A DNA stretch of 17,379 nt from a bacterium. Its GTDB lineage: Bacteria; RBG-13-61-14; DATKZS01. The position numbers and the translations under genes are program-made. This document shows, piece by piece, positions 1 through 11,872 of this stretch. The DNA is taken from NCBI GenBank assembly GCA_046484135.1, contig JAWOBU010000268.1, positions 1 to 17,379 of the forward strand. The letters are read 5' to 3'. Numbering within the stretch: position 1 is the first letter of the stretch; each line of letters begins with the position of its first letter. The notes beneath the pieces were generated by a model. That model worked only from the letters and a program-made list of their open reading frames with translations. It was not told where the DNA came from and did no database searches.

Positions 1-11
1 GGAGGATTCCG

Positions 12-1217
<1,206 letters not shown>

Positions 1218-1302
1218 GCCGGGGAATACGAGGGGACAGTAATGTCCGATAGTGGCAGTAGGAGAACGGGAAAAAGAAGTACCATAAGTTAAAGGAGCTG
1301 GG

Positions 1303-1611
1303 ATGGCCACGCAGAGGATTCGAATACGACTTAAAGCTTATGATCACAATCTCCTTGATCATTCGGTCAAGGACATTGTAGAGACGGCAAGGCGGACGGG
1401 CGCCAAGGTAACGGGCCCGATCCCCCTTCCCACCAAGATCAGCAAGTTCTGCGTACTGCGCTCGCCGCACATTGACAAGAAAAGCAGGGAGCAGTTCGAG
1501 ATACGCACACACAAACGTCTGATTGATATCCTCGAGCCCACCCAGGCCACCGTGGACGCACTGGGCAAGCTGGACCTCTCGGCCGGCATAGACATAGAAA
1601 TCAAGCTCTAA
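1303..1611 (+). CDS. rpsJ: 30S ribosomal protein S10 (uS10)
   Basis: [50 protein letters not shown] upstream. Confidence 0.99.
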   Translation: MATQRIRIRLKAYDHNLLDHSVKDIVETARRTGAKVTGPIPLPTKISKFCVLRSPHIDKKSREQFEIRTHKRLIDILEPTQATVDALGKLDLSAGIDIEIKL

Positions 1612-1637
1612 AAGGCGGACGTGATATAGAGGAAACC

Positions 1638-2294
1638 ATGGAAAACGAGAAGGCCATAGAACCGGAAAAGACGATCAGCATGGACGTACTGGACCGGCAC
1701 CGGAACGCGGTGGAGAAGATGGAGCTTTCCGCTTGCGTGTTCGACACCGAAATAAAGCCCCATCTCGTCCACCAGGTGGTGTTGTACCAGCAGGCCAAAC
1801 ACCGGGCCGGGACCGCATCCGCCAAGACCCGGCGAGAGGTGAAGGCATCCGGCTCCAAGCCCTGGAGACAGAAAGGCACGGGAAGAGCAAGGGCGGGAGC
1901 AAGGTCTTCCCCCCTCTGGCACGGAGGAGGCATAATCTTCGGGCCCAAGCCGCGCAGCTTCGAGATCAAGGTGCCCAAGAAGGTAAGGAAGGCTGCGCTC
2001 CGGTCCGCTTTGAGCGCCAAGATAAAAGAGGACAAGATGCTCCTGGTGGAAAAGCTGGAGATGGAAAGGCCCCGGACCCGGGAGCTGATCGAATGGCTCG
2101 AGGACCTCCAGGTAGAGGAGAAGGTCCTGGTGGTGATAGAGGAAAAGGACCTGAACACGGAACTTTCCGCCCGGAACCTGGATGACGTGAAAGTGCTCCG
2201 GGCGGAGGGGCTGAACGTAAGGGACGTGATGAACCACCATACCCTTGTCATGACCAAGGGGGCGGCCCGAAAGGTGCAGGAGGCGCTGGCATGA
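1638..2294 (+). CDS. rplD: 50S ribosomal protein L4 (uL4)
   Basis: KPWRQKGTGRARAG..RSSPLWHGGGIIFGPKPR, LSARNL; GAGG SD before ATG 1638 (alternative start ATG 1680). Confidence 0.98.
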   Translation: MENEKAIEPEKTISMDVLDRHRNAVEKMELSACVFDTEIKPHLVHQVVLYQQAKHRAGTASAKTRREVKASGSKPWRQKGTGRARAGARSSPLWHGGGIIFGPKPRSFEIKVPKKVRKAALRSALSAKIKEDKMLLVEKLEMERPRTRELIEWLEDLQVEEKVLVVIEEKDLNTELSARNLDDVKVLRAEGLNVRDVMNHHTLVMTKGAARKVQEALA

Positions 2295-2584
2295 GCTTGG
2301 ACCCGTATCACATCATAAAACGACCGGTGGTAACTGAAAAGAGCACCATCCTGGAGGAGAACCAGAACCAGGTGGTCTTTCACGTGGACCCGAGGGCGTC
2401 CAAGCACCAGATCAAGGCGGCCGTCGAGTCCATATTCAACGTGAAAGTCAAAAAGATAAACACCATGAGGACGCGGGGAAAACCCGTCCGTAGAGGGCTG
2501 GTTACCGGAAGGCGCTCCCACTGGAAGAAAGCGGTGATAACCCTGGCCGAGGGAGAGGTCATAGACTTCTACCAGGGCGCCTGA
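2291..2584 (+). CDS. rplW: 50S ribosomal protein L23 (uL23)
   Basis: IIKRPVVTEKS, IKAAVESIFNVKV, WKKAVITL; ATGA overlap with the rplD stop. Confidence 0.98.
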   Translation: MSLDPYHIIKRPVVTEKSTILEENQNQVVFHVDPRASKHQIKAAVESIFNVKVKKINTMRTRGKPVRRGLVTGRRSHWKKAVITLAEGEVIDFYQGA

Positions 2585-2632
2585 TAAAGAGAGCAAAAAG
2601 ACAACCGACGATTTATATAAAGGAGCAGAGTC

Positions 2633-3457
2633 TTGGCTTTAAAAACTTATAAGCCCACGTCGCCGGGAAGAAGGTTCATGTCCCGGGTCCGGTTCGATGA
2701 ACAGTCCCGGCAGGAGCCCGAGAAGTCCCTGGTGCGCCCCCTGCGGGGCTCGGGCGGCAGAAACAACACCGGCAGGATAACCGTGTGGCAGCGCGGCGGC
2801 GGACACAAGCGCCGCTACCGGGTGGTGGATTTCAAGCGCCGGAAGCTGGATGTGCCCGCCAAGGTGGCCCAACTGGAGTACGACCCCAACCGGTCCGCCT
2901 GGCTGGCCCTGTTGCATTATGCGGACGGAGAGAAAAGATACATCCTGGCCCCCCAGAGGGTGAAGGTGGGGGACAAAATCATGGCGGGCGACAACGTGGA
3001 CATAAAACCCGGCAACCACCTGCCGTTGGAAAGGGTGCCCCTGGGAACCATCATCCACAACCTGGAACAGAAGATAGGAAAAGGGGGACAGCTCATCAGG
3101 TCGGCCGGGACCTACGGCCAGGTGATGGCCAAGGAAGGAAAGTACGCGCTTATCAGGATGCCTTCCGGAGAACAGAGGCGCATCCACCAGAAGTGCTGGG
3201 CCACGGTGGGACAGGTGAGTAACCCCGAACACTCCAACGTGGTGCCGGGCAAAGCCGGAGTGAAGCGCTGGCAGGGGAAAAGGCCCATCGTCCGGGGAGT
3301 GGCCATGAACCCGGTGGACCATCCCCACGGAGGCGGCGAAGGCCTGAATAAAGGGAACCACCCCCAGACGCCCTGGGGAGTTATCACCAAGGGCAAAAGA
3401 ACCAGGAAAAAGAAGAAATACACGGACAAGTACATAGTAACCAGGCGCAAGAAATAA
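2633..3457 (+). CDS. rplB: 50S ribosomal protein L2 (uL2)
   Basis: [45 protein letters not shown] start with AGGAG SD. Confidence 0.99.
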   Translation: MALKTYKPTSPGRRFMSRVRFDEQSRQEPEKSLVRPLRGSGGRNNTGRITVWQRGGGHKRRYRVVDFKRRKLDVPAKVAQLEYDPNRSAWLALLHYADGEKRYILAPQRVKVGDKIMAGDNVDIKPGNHLPLERVPLGTIIHNLEQKIGKGGQLIRSAGTYGQVMAKEGKYALIRMPSGEQRRIHQKCWATVGQVSNPEHSNVVPGKAGVKRWQGKRPIVRGVAMNPVDHPHGGGEGLNKGNHPQTPWGVITKGKRTRKKKKYTDKYIVTRRKK

Positions 3458-3473
3458 TACCTTTGGAGGAGTC

Positions 3474-3755
3474 ATGGCACGGTCTCTTAAAAAAGGACCT
3501 TTTGTTGATTATCACCTGATGGAGAAGGTCAACCGGGCCCGGCAGACGGGGTCCAAAAAGCCCATTCAGACCTGGAGCCGGCGTTCCACCGTGGTGCCGG
3601 AGATGGTGGGTCTCAACTTCGCCGTCCATAACGGCAAGAAGTTCATACCCGTCTACGTGACCGAAAACATGGTGGGACACAAGCTCGGAGAGTTCGCTCC
3701 CACCCGGACCTTTGTCGGACACGCCGGGGACAGGAAGACCCGGGTGAAGAAGTAA
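3474..3755 (+). CDS. rpsS: 30S ribosomal protein S19 (uS19)
   Basis: [32 protein letters not shown]. Confidence 0.99.
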   Translation: MARSLKKGPFVDYHLMEKVNRARQTGSKKPIQTWSRRSTVVPEMVGLNFAVHNGKKFIPVYVTENMVGHKLGEFAPTRTFVGHAGDRKTRVKK

Positions 3756-3794
3756 TCCGGCCGGGAAGTATTAATGGTGCCAAGGAGTTCGGAC

Positions 3795-4133
3795 ATGGCG
3801 GAGGCGATAGCAAGACTGAATTACCTGAGGATAAGCCCGCTCAAAGTGCGGCTGGTGGCCGAGACCATAAAAGGCAAGAACGCCCAGGAAGCCCTGGCCA
3901 TACTGGAGCACAACCCCAGAAGGGCCAGCAAGCACCTGCGGGAGCTCCTGAAGTCGGCCATCGCCAACGCGGGCGAGAACCACGACATGGACCCGGACGC
4001 CCTCATGGTCAAGAACGTGCTGGTGGACCAGGGACCGACCCTGAAGCGGTTCATGCCCCGGGCCATGGGAAGGGCCACCCCCATAAACCGGCGGACCAGC
4101 AAGATCACCATGGTGGTGGCGGAGAAAGAATAA
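3795..4133 (+). CDS. rplV: 50S ribosomal protein L22 (uL22)
   Basis: [35 protein letters not shown]; start moved from 3774 to the in-frame ATG at 3795 because AAGGAG (3782-3787) sits 7 nt upstream. Confidence 0.97.
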   Translation: MAEAIARLNYLRISPLKVRLVAETIKGKNAQEALAILEHNPRRASKHLRELLKSAIANAGENHDMDPDALMVKNVLVDQGPTLKRFMPRAMGRATPINRRTSKITMVVAEKE

Positions 4134-4166
4134 GCGCTTTTATGAAGGAATAAAAGGGAGGAAATC

Positions 4167-4823
4167 TTGGGCCAGAAAACTCATCCGATCGGGTTCCGGC
4201 TCGGCTACATCAAGACCTGGGAGTCGAAGTGGTACACGGACAAGAAGTCTTACTCGCGGTACCTGCACGAGGACTACCGCATCCGCGAGTACATCAAGAA
4301 GAAGCTCTACCATGCCGGCATAGCAGCCATCGTCATCGAGAGGAGCACCAACAAGTGCAGGATCAACATCTATACCGCCAAGCCGGCCATTGTTATCGGC
4401 AAGCGGGGCCAGGAAGTGGACGTGCTCCGGTACGAGCTTCAGAGGTTCACCGACTCCGATGTTTTCATCAACATCATGGAGGTCCGGCCGGCGGAGAGCA
4501 ACGCCCAGCTCATATCCGAGAACGTGGGCCTGCAGATCGAGAGAAGGGTGGCCTTCCGAAGGGCCATGAAAAAGGCCATCGGCCTGGCCATGAAGTTCGG
4601 CGCCCAGGGGGTGAAGATCCAGTGCTCCGGAAGACTGGGCGGAGCCGAGATCGCCCGGACCGAGTGGTACCGGGAGGCCCGGGTGCCCCTTCATACCTTG
4701 AGGGCGGACATCGAGTACGGATACACCCAGGCACGGACCACCTACGGCAGCATCGGCGTCAAGGTATGGGTGTTCAAGGAAGAGATATGGAAAGGCGGAC
4801 AAGCGCCTCCCATCAAGCTGTAA
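4167..4823 (+). CDS. rpsC: 30S ribosomal protein S3 (uS3)
   Basis: [40 protein letters not shown] start, GGAGG SD. Confidence 0.99.
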   Translation: MGQKTHPIGFRLGYIKTWESKWYTDKKSYSRYLHEDYRIREYIKKKLYHAGIAAIVIERSTNKCRINIYTAKPAIVIGKRGQEVDVLRYELQRFTDSDVFINIMEVRPAESNAQLISENVGLQIERRVAFRRAMKKAIGLAMKFGAQGVKIQCSGRLGGAEIARTEWYREARVPLHTLRADIEYGYTQARTTYGSIGVKVWVFKEEIWKGGQAPPIKL

Positions 4824-4853
4824 TAAAGAATCAAACCGTAAAAGGACCGGAAA

Positions 4854-5267
4854 ATGCTGCAGCCGAAGAAACCGAGGTACCGCAAGGTACAAAAGGGGAG
4901 AATAAAGGGGATCGCCCGGAGAGGGTCGGAGCTGGCTTTCGGAAGCTACGGCCTGCAGGCGACCAGCGGGGGCAAGCTAACCGCCCGGCAGATCGAGGCC
5001 GGCCGGATCGCCATCACCCGGCACGTCAAAAGGGCGGGGAAAATCTGGATCCGGATGTTTCCGGACAAGCCCTTGTCCAAGAAGCCCCTGGAAACAAGGA
5101 TGGGAAAAGGCAAAGGCGCGGTCGAGTCATGGGTGGCGGTGGTTAAGCCCGGCCGGATACTTTTCGAAGTGGAAGGCGTAAACGAAAAGATGGCCAAGCG
5201 GGCCCTGACCCTGGCCGCGGCCAAGCTGCCGGTGTCCACCCAGGTGGTGGAGTGGGAGGATATCTGA
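4854..5267 (+). CDS. rplP: 50S ribosomal protein L16 (uL16)
   Basis: [35 protein letters not shown]. Confidence 0.99.
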   Translation: MLQPKKPRYRKVQKGRIKGIARRGSELAFGSYGLQATSGGKLTARQIEAGRIAITRHVKRAGKIWIRMFPDKPLSKKPLETRMGKGKGAVESWVAVVKPGRILFEVEGVNEKMAKRALTLAAAKLPVSTQVVEWEDI

Positions 5268-5461
5268 TGAAGCCTTCCGAGATCCGGGAGTTCACCGACG
5301 AGGAGCTCCTCTCCCAGGAGGCGGAGCTGGAGAGGACGGTCTTTAACCTGCGCATCCAGTACGCTACCGGGCAGGTGGAGAACACCGCTTCCCTGAAGAA
5401 CACCAGAAGGGACCTGGCCCGGGTCAAGACCGTACTGAAAGAAAGAAAGCTCAAGAGTTAA
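5267..5461 (+). CDS. rpmC: 50S ribosomal protein L29 (uL29)
   Basis: MKPSEIRE...FNLRIQYATGQVEN...RRDLARVKTVL; start moved to ATG 5267 (TGATG overlap with the rplP stop, GGAGG SD). Confidence 0.97.
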   Translation: MKPSEIREFTDEELLSQEAELERTVFNLRIQYATGQVENTASLKNTRRDLARVKTVLKERKLKS

Positions 5462-5512
5462 AAGAGCTTAAGATACGGACTCGGCCGATAAAAGATAATT
5501 AAGGAGTAAACG

Positions 5513-5800
5513 ATGGAGCAGGCCGAAGCGCAAGAAGCAAGCCGGGACAACCGGGGACACCGCAAAGTACGCACCGGCGTGGTGGTAAGCGACAAGATGG
5601 ACAAGACGGTGGTGGTGCGGCTCGAGCGGACCAAGCTCCATGCCCGGTACAAGAAGTACATCCGGGCATGGAAGCGGGTCAAGGCCCATGACAAGGACAA
5701 CTCCTGCCGGGTGGGGGACGAGGTTCAGCTTATCGAGTCCAGGCCCCTGTCCAAGAGCAAAAGGTGGCGCGTCCACAAAGTGCTCCGGCGGGCAGAGTAG
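5513..5800 (+). CDS. rpsQ: 30S ribosomal protein S17 (uS17)
   Basis: [36 protein letters not shown]. Confidence 0.98.
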   Translation: MEQAEAQEASRDNRGHRKVRTGVVVSDKMDKTVVVRLERTKLHARYKKYIRAWKRVKAHDKDNSCRVGDEVQLIESRPLSKSKRWRVHKVLRRAE

Positions 5801-5821
5801 CAGGCCGGGGAGGATGCAGTC

Positions 5822-6190
5822 ATGATTCAATCGGAGTCAGTTTTGAATGTTGCCGATAACTCGGGGGCCCGGCGGGTGATGTGCATCAAGGTCCTGGGCG
5901 GAGCAAAGAGAAGATACGCCCGGGTGGGAGACGTGATCGTGGCCTCGGTAAAAGAGGCCCTGCCGGCCTCCAAGGTCAGAAAAGGCGACGTGGTCAAGGC
6001 GGTGGTGGTCAGAACGGCAAAGGAGATCGGAAGACCGGACGGGACCTACCTCCGGTTCGACGACAACTCCGCGGTGCTCATAAACCCACAGATGGAACCG
6101 GTGGGAACACGGGTGTTCGGCCCGGTGGCGAGGGAGCTCCGGGCCAAGAGGTTTATGAAGATCATATCCCTCGCTCCCGAGGTCCTGTAG
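5822..6190 (+). CDS. rplN: 50S ribosomal protein L14 (uL14)
   Basis: [44 protein letters not shown]. Confidence 0.99.
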   Translation: MIQSESVLNVADNSGARRVMCIKVLGGAKRRYARVGDVIVASVKEALPASKVRKGDVVKAVVVRTAKEIGRPDGTYLRFDDNSAVLINPQMEPVGTRVFGPVARELRAKRFMKIISLAPEVL

Positions 6191-6198
6191 GAGGGATC

Positions 6199-6525
6199 AT
6201 GAACACCAGGTACAAGGTAAGAAAGGGAGACCAGGTCGAGGTCCTGGTCGGCAAGGAAAAAGGCAAACGCGGGAAAATCATCCGGGTCGAGCGCAAGCAC
6301 GACCGGGTGCTGGTGGAGAAGCTCAACTTCAGGAAAAGGCACATGCGGCCCGGCCATCCCACCGCTCCCCAGGGAGGAATAATAGAGAGCGAGGGTTCAT
6401 TGGACATGTCCAACGTCATGCTGGTATGTCCCAAGTGCCAGAGCAAGACCAGGCCCAAGTTCCTGAGACTGGATAGCGGGACCACCGTAAGGGTCTGTAA
6501 AAAGTGCGAAGAACATATAGACTAG
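6199..6525 (+). CDS. rplX: 50S ribosomal protein L24 (uL24), Zn-ribbon form
   Basis: [24 protein letters not shown] motif, [17 protein letters not shown]...CKKC; start ATG 6199 after the GGAGG SD (the 214-aa ORF-track call is over-extended). Confidence 0.97.
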   Translation: MNTRYKVRKGDQVEVLVGKEKGKRGKIIRVERKHDRVLVEKLNFRKRHMRPGHPTAPQGGIIESEGSLDMSNVMLVCPKCQSKTRPKFLRLDSGTTVRVCKKCEEHID

Positions 6526-6535
6526 AGGGAAAAAA

Positions 6536-7078
6536 ATGGCCAGGCTGAAACAGGTATATAAACAGCAGATCGTGCCGGACCTCATGCAGGAGTTCAAGTA
6601 CAAGAACAGGATGCAGGTGCCCAAGATCAATAAGATCGTGGTCAACATGGGACTCGGGCAGGCCATCCAGAACGTAAAGATCATTGACTACGCCGTGTCC
6701 GAGCTTAAACAGATAACCGGGCAGCAGCCCGTCACCACCCGGGCCAAGAAGTCTATCGCCAGCTTCAAGCTCCGAAAAGGAATGCCCATCGGATGCAAGG
6801 TCACTTTGCGGGGGGAAAGGATGTACGAGTTTTTGGACCGGCTCTTGAACGTGGCGCTGCCCAGGGTCCGGGACTTCCGGGGAGTTAGCCCCAAGGCGTT
6901 TGACGGCCGGGGCAACTACTCGCTGGGGATCAAGGAGCAGATCATTTTCCCGGAGATAAACTACGACAAAGTGGAAAGGATCATGGGAATGAATGTAACC
7001 ATTGACACCACTGCCGGCACCGACGAGGAGGCCAGGGCGCTCCTTACAAAAATGGGAATGCCTTTCCGGTCCTCGTAA
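6536..7078 (+). CDS. rplE: 50S ribosomal protein L5 (uL5)
   Basis: [49 protein letters not shown]. Confidence 0.99.
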   Translation: MARLKQVYKQQIVPDLMQEFKYKNRMQVPKINKIVVNMGLGQAIQNVKIIDYAVSELKQITGQQPVTTRAKKSIASFKLRKGMPIGCKVTLRGERMYEFLDRLLNVALPRVRDFRGVSPKAFDGRGNYSLGIKEQIIFPEINYDKVERIMGMNVTIDTTAGTDEEARALLTKMGMPFRSS

Positions 7079-7098
7079 ACGTCAAGGAGGGAATCAAG

Positions 7099-7284
7099 GT
7101 GGCAAAGAAATCAATGATAGCCAAGGCAAAGCGCGAGCCCAAGTTCAAGGTAAGAAAGTATAACCGGTGCCCGATCTGCGGCAGAGCCCGCGGCTACTAC
7201 CGCCGGTTCGACATGTGCCGGATATGCCTCCGGAAAATGGCGCTGGAAGGAAGGCTTCCCGGCGTGATCAAATCAAGCTGGTGA
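7099..7284 (+). CDS. rpsN: 30S ribosomal protein S14 type Z (61 aa, Zn-binding)
   Basis: RCPICGR...[18 protein letters not shown] start. Confidence 0.98.
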   Translation: MAKKSMIAKAKREPKFKVRKYNRCPICGRARGYYRRFDMCRICLRKMALEGRLPGVIKSSW

Positions 7285-7303
7285 TATCAAGGAGTAGTCT
7301 CTT

Positions 7304-7699
7304 ATGATGACCGACCCAGTGGCGGACATGCTGACCAGGATAAGAAACGGACTGAAAGCAAAGCACGAAGTGGTGGAAATCCCGGCCAGCAAAATGAAAA
7401 TAGAGATAGCCAAGATACTGAAAGCGGAAGGCTACATTAAAAACTTCAAGCTCGTCCAGGACAACAAGCAGGGAGTGCTGAAGGTCTTCCTGAGGTACAA
7501 GGACCAGGGAGAGCCGGTTATACTGGATATGCAAAGGGTGTCCCGGCCTTCCAGAAGGGTGTACGCCGGAGTGAACGATATCCCCCGGGTCAAACACGGG
7601 CTGGGGATATCCATAATCAGCACCTCCCGGGGAATCATGAGCGACAAGAGGGCGAAGAAAGAAAACGTGGGCGGAGAGGTCCTCTGCTCGGTGTGGTAA
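7304..7699 (+). CDS. rpsH: 30S ribosomal protein S8 (uS8)
   Basis: TDPVADMLTRIRN, RVSRPSRRVY, GLGISIISTSRG, VGGEVLCSVW. Confidence 0.99.
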   Translation: MMTDPVADMLTRIRNGLKAKHEVVEIPASKMKIEIAKILKAEGYIKNFKLVQDNKQGVLKVFLRYKDQGEPVILDMQRVSRPSRRVYAGVNDIPRVKHGLGISIISTSRGIMSDKRAKKENVGGEVLCSVW

Positions 7700-7721
7700 G
7701 TTCGGCAAGGAGTAAGGTTCC

Positions 7722-8261
7722 ATGTCCAGGATAGGAAAGCTTCCCGTAAAAGTCCCGGAGGGGGTCAAAGTAAGCTGGAACGAGCCGGTACTTACCGTGC
7801 AGGGCCCGAAAGGCGACCTCAAAGTCGAGGTCAAGAAGCCCTGCTCGGTAAAGGTGGAGGAAGGCGTTTTAAACGTGACCAGGCCGGACAACACCAGGAA
7901 AAGCCGCTCCTACCAGGGGCTCTATCGCTCCCTGGTCTACAACGCCGTCCACGGCGTCACCGAGGGGTTTGAGAAGAGGCTCCAGGTGGTGGGGGTCGGC
8001 TATCGGGCGGACGTGGAAGGGGACCAGCTTAAACTGAGCGTGGGTTATGCCTCGCCCAAGGTCTACCGGTTACCGGACGGGGTGGACGTGAACGTGGAGA
8101 AGGACATAATCGTGGTCCGGGGAATAGACAAGGGGGCGGTCGGAAACGCCGCCGCCCGGATAAGGGCCTATCGTCCGCCCGAGCCCTACAAGGGAAAAGG
8201 GATCAGGTACCAGGACGAGCAGATCACAAAGAAGGCCGGCAAGGCGGGCGCCGGAAAGTAA
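7722..8261 (+). CDS. rplF: 50S ribosomal protein L6 (uL6)
   Basis: [32 protein letters not shown]. Confidence 0.99.
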   Translation: MSRIGKLPVKVPEGVKVSWNEPVLTVQGPKGDLKVEVKKPCSVKVEEGVLNVTRPDNTRKSRSYQGLYRSLVYNAVHGVTEGFEKRLQVVGVGYRADVEGDQLKLSVGYASPKVYRLPDGVDVNVEKDIIVVRGIDKGAVGNAAARIRAYRPPEPYKGKGIRYQDEQITKKAGKAGAGK

Positions 8262-8281
8262 GCCGTACGAGGAGCTCTGGG

Positions 8282-8647
8282 ATGGCAGTAAAAAAAAGAA
8301 GTGAAAAAAGAAAGATACGCCAGAAAAGGGTCCGCAAGAAAGTCCGGGGAACCACGGAGAGGCCCCGTCTGTGCGTGTACAAGAGCTCGTCTCATATCTA
8401 TGCCCAGCTCATAGACGACAGCAGGGGGCATACCCTCTGCGCCGCCGGCACCGTGTCCCCCGAGCTGAAAGAGAAGCTGAAGAGCACCAAGGACATAGAG
8501 GCTGCCAAGGCCGTGGGAGAGCTGGCCGCCCGCAAGGCGAAGCAAAGCGGGGTTACCAAGGTGGTGTTCGACCGGAACGGCTTTCTCTACCACGGACGGG
8601 TAAAGGCCCTTGCCGACGCGGCAAGGGAGTCGGGACTGGAATTATGA
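8282..8647 (+). CDS. rplR: 50S ribosomal protein L18 (uL18)
   Basis: [42 protein letters not shown]. Confidence 0.99.
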   Translation: MAVKKRSEKRKIRQKRVRKKVRGTTERPRLCVYKSSSHIYAQLIDDSRGHTLCAAGTVSPELKEKLKSTKDIEAAKAVGELAARKAKQSGVTKVVFDRNGFLYHGRVKALADAARESGLEL

Positions 8648-8667
8648 TCCGGGAAAAGGAGTAAACA

Positions 8668-9168
8668 GTGGCTCTGGAATACATGGAAACGGAACAGGAA
8701 CTGAAGGACCGGGTAGTTCATATAAACCGGGTGGCCAAGGTGGTAAAGGGCGGCAAGAGGTTCAGTTTCGCCGCCCTGGTCGTGGTGGGAGACGGACAGG
8801 GAAAAGTGGGGATAGGACTGGGAAAGGCCAATGAAGTGCCCGAGGCCATCCGCAAAGGCGTGGAAAAAGCGAAAAGCACCATGAAGAAAGTGGCCCTGGC
8901 CGAGGGAGGAACCATTCCCCATGAAGAGCTGGGAGAGTGCGGAGCGGCCAAGGTCTTCATGAGGCCCGCTTCACCCGGCACCGGAGTCATCGCCGGCGGA
9001 GCGGTAAGGCCGGTGGTAGAGGTCGCCGGCATAGCTAATATCCTCACCAAGTCGCTCGGGACCAACAACCCCCAGAACGTGGTAAAAGCCGCCTACGACG
9101 CCCTGTTGAAGCTGGAGGGAAAAGAAGAGGTCTCGAAACGGCGCGGGAAAAACCAGGAAGAAATCTGA
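8668..9168 (+). CDS. rpsE: 30S ribosomal protein S5 (uS5)
   Basis: [36 protein letters not shown] start, AAGGAG SD. Confidence 0.99.
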   Translation: MALEYMETEQELKDRVVHINRVAKVVKGGKRFSFAALVVVGDGQGKVGIGLGKANEVPEAIRKGVEKAKSTMKKVALAEGGTIPHEELGECGAAKVFMRPASPGTGVIAGGAVRPVVEVAGIANILTKSLGTNNPQNVVKAAYDALLKLEGKEEVSKRRGKNQEEI

Positions 9169-9212
9169 AAACCCGCTGAGAAGTATTGACCAGGGGATAA
9201 AGGAGTAAGCTC

Positions 9213-9395
9213 ATGAAAAGCCCCACCATAAAGATCACCCTTAAGAGGAGTCTCATTAACCGGCCGCCCCAGGTGCGCAAGGTAGCGGAAGGGCTGGGGC
9301 TTAGAAAACCGAACCAGACCGTGGAAAGGCCGAACACGAAAGAGATCAGAGGCATGGTCAAAAAAGTGATCCACCTCGTGGAGGTCGAGGAGTAA
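9213..9395 (+). CDS. rpmD: 50S ribosomal protein L30 (uL30)
   Basis: [29 protein letters not shown]; located between rpsE and rplO. Confidence 0.96.
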   Translation: MKSPTIKITLKRSLINRPPQVRKVAEGLGLRKPNQTVERPNTKEIRGMVKKVIHLVEVEE

Positions 9396-9397
9396 AA

Positions 9398-9841
9398 ATG
9401 GCGATGGATCTCAGTAACTTGAGTCCGGGGAGAAAAAAGAAACCCCCCAGAAGACTGGGAAGAGGGGAGTCCTCCGGAAGGGGAAAGACCGCGGGCAAGG
9501 GACACAAGGGACAGAACTCCCGTTCCGGCGGCGGAAAGACCCATCCGGCCTTCGAGGGCGGACAGATGCCCTATGCCCGAAGGGTCCCCAAAAGGGGCTT
9601 TAAGAATATCTTCCGGGAGGCGGTGCTCCACGTGAACGTAGCCGAGCTCAACCGCTTTCCGGCCGACTCCGAAGTCGGGGTGGAGAACCTGAAACAGGCC
9701 GGCCTGGTAAAGAGAAAGGGCAAGGTGAAAATACTGGGCAGCGGCGAGCTCGACCGGCCTCTTACGGTCAAGGCCCACGCCTTCAGCGTAGCGGCCCGGG
9801 CCAAGATCGAGGCCGCCGGGGGAAAAGCCGAGGTGGTTTGA
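9398..9841 (+). CDS. rplO: 50S ribosomal protein L15 (uL15)
   Basis: [43 protein letters not shown]. Confidence 0.99.
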   Translation: MAMDLSNLSPGRKKKPPRRLGRGESSGRGKTAGKGHKGQNSRSGGGKTHPAFEGGQMPYARRVPKRGFKNIFREAVLHVNVAELNRFPADSEVGVENLKQAGLVKRKGKVKILGSGELDRPLTVKAHAFSVAARAKIEAAGGKAEVV

Positions 9842-9844
9842 TAG

Positions 9845-11188
9845 ATGGCCGGCTGGACAAATATCGGAAAGATACCCGAGCTGCAAAAGAGGCTTCTCTT
9901 TACCCTGCTCATCCTCGCCTTTTACCGGCTCGGGGTCCATGTCTGGATACCCGGGATCAATCCAGGCGCACTGGAGAACTTCTTCGAGCAACAGCAGTCC
10001 GGAGGGCTGTTCAGCCTCATCAACACCTTCACCGGAGGCGGGTTCCAGAACATGTCCGTGTTCGCCCTCGGAATCATGCCCTATATCACCGCCTCCATTA
10101 TCCTCCAGCTATTGACCGTGGTCTTTCCCTACCTCGACAAGCTGCAAAAAGAAGGAGAAGTGGGAAAGAAAAAGATCACCCAGTACACCCGATACCTCAC
10201 CGTGGGGCTGTCCATCGCCCAGGGAATGGGCATCGCCTTCATGCTCCAGAGCTGGCACAACCAGTTCCAGGGACCGCACTCCCTCATAAACATAGGGCCG
10301 GGAGAATCGTGGTGGTCCTTCCGGATAATGACCGTCATTACCATTACCGCAGGGACCGCCCTTATCATGTGGCTCGGCGAGCAGATAACCGAACGGGGGA
10401 TCGGAAACGGAATTTCTCTTATCATCTTCGCCGGAATTGTGGCCCGGACCCCCGCCGGCATCTACGAGACCATCCAGCAGGTGGCAAGCGGGACCATGCA
10501 CCTGTTCGTGCTCATCCTGATCGGGGTCATCATGGTGGCGGTCATAGCGGCGATCATATTCGTGGAAAGGGCCCAGCGGAAACTGCCCGTCCAGTACCCG
10601 GCCCGGACCGTGGGCAGGAAGATGTACAAAGGGGTAAAAACCCATCTGCCCTTGAAGATCAACCAGGCCGGAGTCATTCCGCCCATCTTCGCCTCCAGTC
10701 TGCTGTCCTTCCCGACCACCATATCGGGCGTGTTCCAGCAATCAGGAGGAGAATCCTCAATGGGATGGATGCAGATGCTGGCATCAGCCTTCAATCCCAT
10801 GTCATGGCAGTATAACGTCATCTACGGTCTGCTGATCATGTTCTTTACCTTCTTCTATACCGCGGTGACCTTTAACCCCATAGACGTCTCCGACAACCTG
10901 AAGAGACAGGGCGGGTACATACCGGGTGTAAGGCCGGGGCAGAACACCTCCGATTACATAGACCGCATCCTTACCAGGATAACCACCGGAGGGTCAGTGT
11001 ATCTGGTGGCAGTCTGCGTCTTGCCGTCCATACTCATGGCCCTCCTGGGAATACCTTTCTATTTCGGAGGCACCGGACTGCTTATCGTGGTGGGAGTGGC
11101 CATGGATACGGCCTCCCAGATGGAGTCCCACTTGATCGCAAGGCACTACGACGGCTTCCTGGGGGCCAAAGGACCGAAGATGAAATGA
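9845..11188 (+). CDS. secY: Preprotein translocase subunit SecY
   Basis: [66 protein letters not shown]; multiple hydrophobic helices. Confidence 0.99.
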   Translation: MAGWTNIGKIPELQKRLLFTLLILAFYRLGVHVWIPGINPGALENFFEQQQSGGLFSLINTFTGGGFQNMSVFALGIMPYITASIILQLLTVVFPYLDKLQKEGEVGKKKITQYTRYLTVGLSIAQGMGIAFMLQSWHNQFQGPHSLINIGPGESWWSFRIMTVITITAGTALIMWLGEQITERGIGNGISLIIFAGIVARTPAGIYETIQQVASGTMHLFVLILIGVIMVAVIAAIIFVERAQRKLPVQYPARTVGRKMYKGVKTHLPLKINQAGVIPPIFASSLLSFPTTISGVFQQSGGESSMGWMQMLASAFNPMSWQYNVIYGLLIMFFTFFYTAVTFNPIDVSDNLKRQGGYIPGVRPGQNTSDYIDRILTRITTGGSVYLVAVCVLPSILMALLGIPFYFGGTGLLIVVGVAMDTASQMESHLIARHYDGFLGAKGPKMK

Positions 11189-11223
11189 AGAAGATCAAGG
11201 TAACAAAGTGAAGGAGGTTTGAA

Positions 11224-11868
11224 GTGAACATTATTATGCTGGGACCCCCGGGGTCGGGTAAAGGGACCCAGGCCCAAGAGATCATCGAAAAGTACGGCAT
11301 CCCCCAGGTATCCACCGGAGACCTCTTGCGGGAGGCCGTCAAGAACCAGACCGAACTCGGCAAACAGGCCAAGGAGTACATGGACGCCGGAAAGCTCGTG
11401 CCCGACGACGTGGTGGTGGGGATGGTAAAGGAAAGGCTCCAGAAGGACGACTGCAAAAAAGGATTCATACTGGACGGCTTTCCCCGCACCGTGCCCCAGG
11501 CGGAGTCGCTCGATACGACCCTCTCCGAGGTGGGTAAAAAGATAGACAAGGTCCTCTCCATCGAGGTCCCCGACAGCGAGGTCGTGGAAAGGCTCTCCGG
11601 AAGAAGGACCTGTGAAAACTGCGGCACCATGTATCACGTCAAGTTCAATCCTCCCAAGAAGGAAGGCGTGTGCGACAAGTGCGGGGGAAAGCTCTACCAG
11701 AGGGACGACGACAACGAAGAGACCATAAAAAACCGGCTCCAGGTCTACCATGACCAGACCTCGCCCCTGAAGGACTACTACGCAAACAAGGGACTGGTAA
11801 GGGAGATCGAGGGGGTAGGCGACATAAACAAGATAAAGGAAGCGGTCCTCGCGGCACTGGAAAGTTGA
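11224..11868 (+). CDS. adk: Adenylate kinase with Zn-binding LID
   Basis: GPPGSGKGTQ, STGDLLR, GFILDGFPRT, LID CENC...CDKC, QRDDD; GTG start, AAGGAGG SD. Confidence 0.99.
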   Translation: MNIIMLGPPGSGKGTQAQEIIEKYGIPQVSTGDLLREAVKNQTELGKQAKEYMDAGKLVPDDVVVGMVKERLQKDDCKKGFILDGFPRTVPQAESLDTTLSEVGKKIDKVLSIEVPDSEVVERLSGRRTCENCGTMYHVKFNPPKKEGVCDKCGGKLYQRDDDNEETIKNRLQVYHDQTSPLKDYYANKGLVREIEGVGDINKIKEAVLAALES

Positions 11869-11872
11869 GAAG

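Noticed and set aside
1611..1637. The spacer reads AAA GGC GGA C GTG ATA TAG, faintly like an L3 C-terminal KGG.VI remnant
   Set aside because: Too short and needs a frameshift; indistinguishable from chance, so no rplC pseudogene is called.
5881..6198. Apparent 106-aa N-terminal extension of L24 in the ORF track
   Set aside because: It overlaps rplN in another frame; a strong SD and ATG at 6199 give a normal-length L24.
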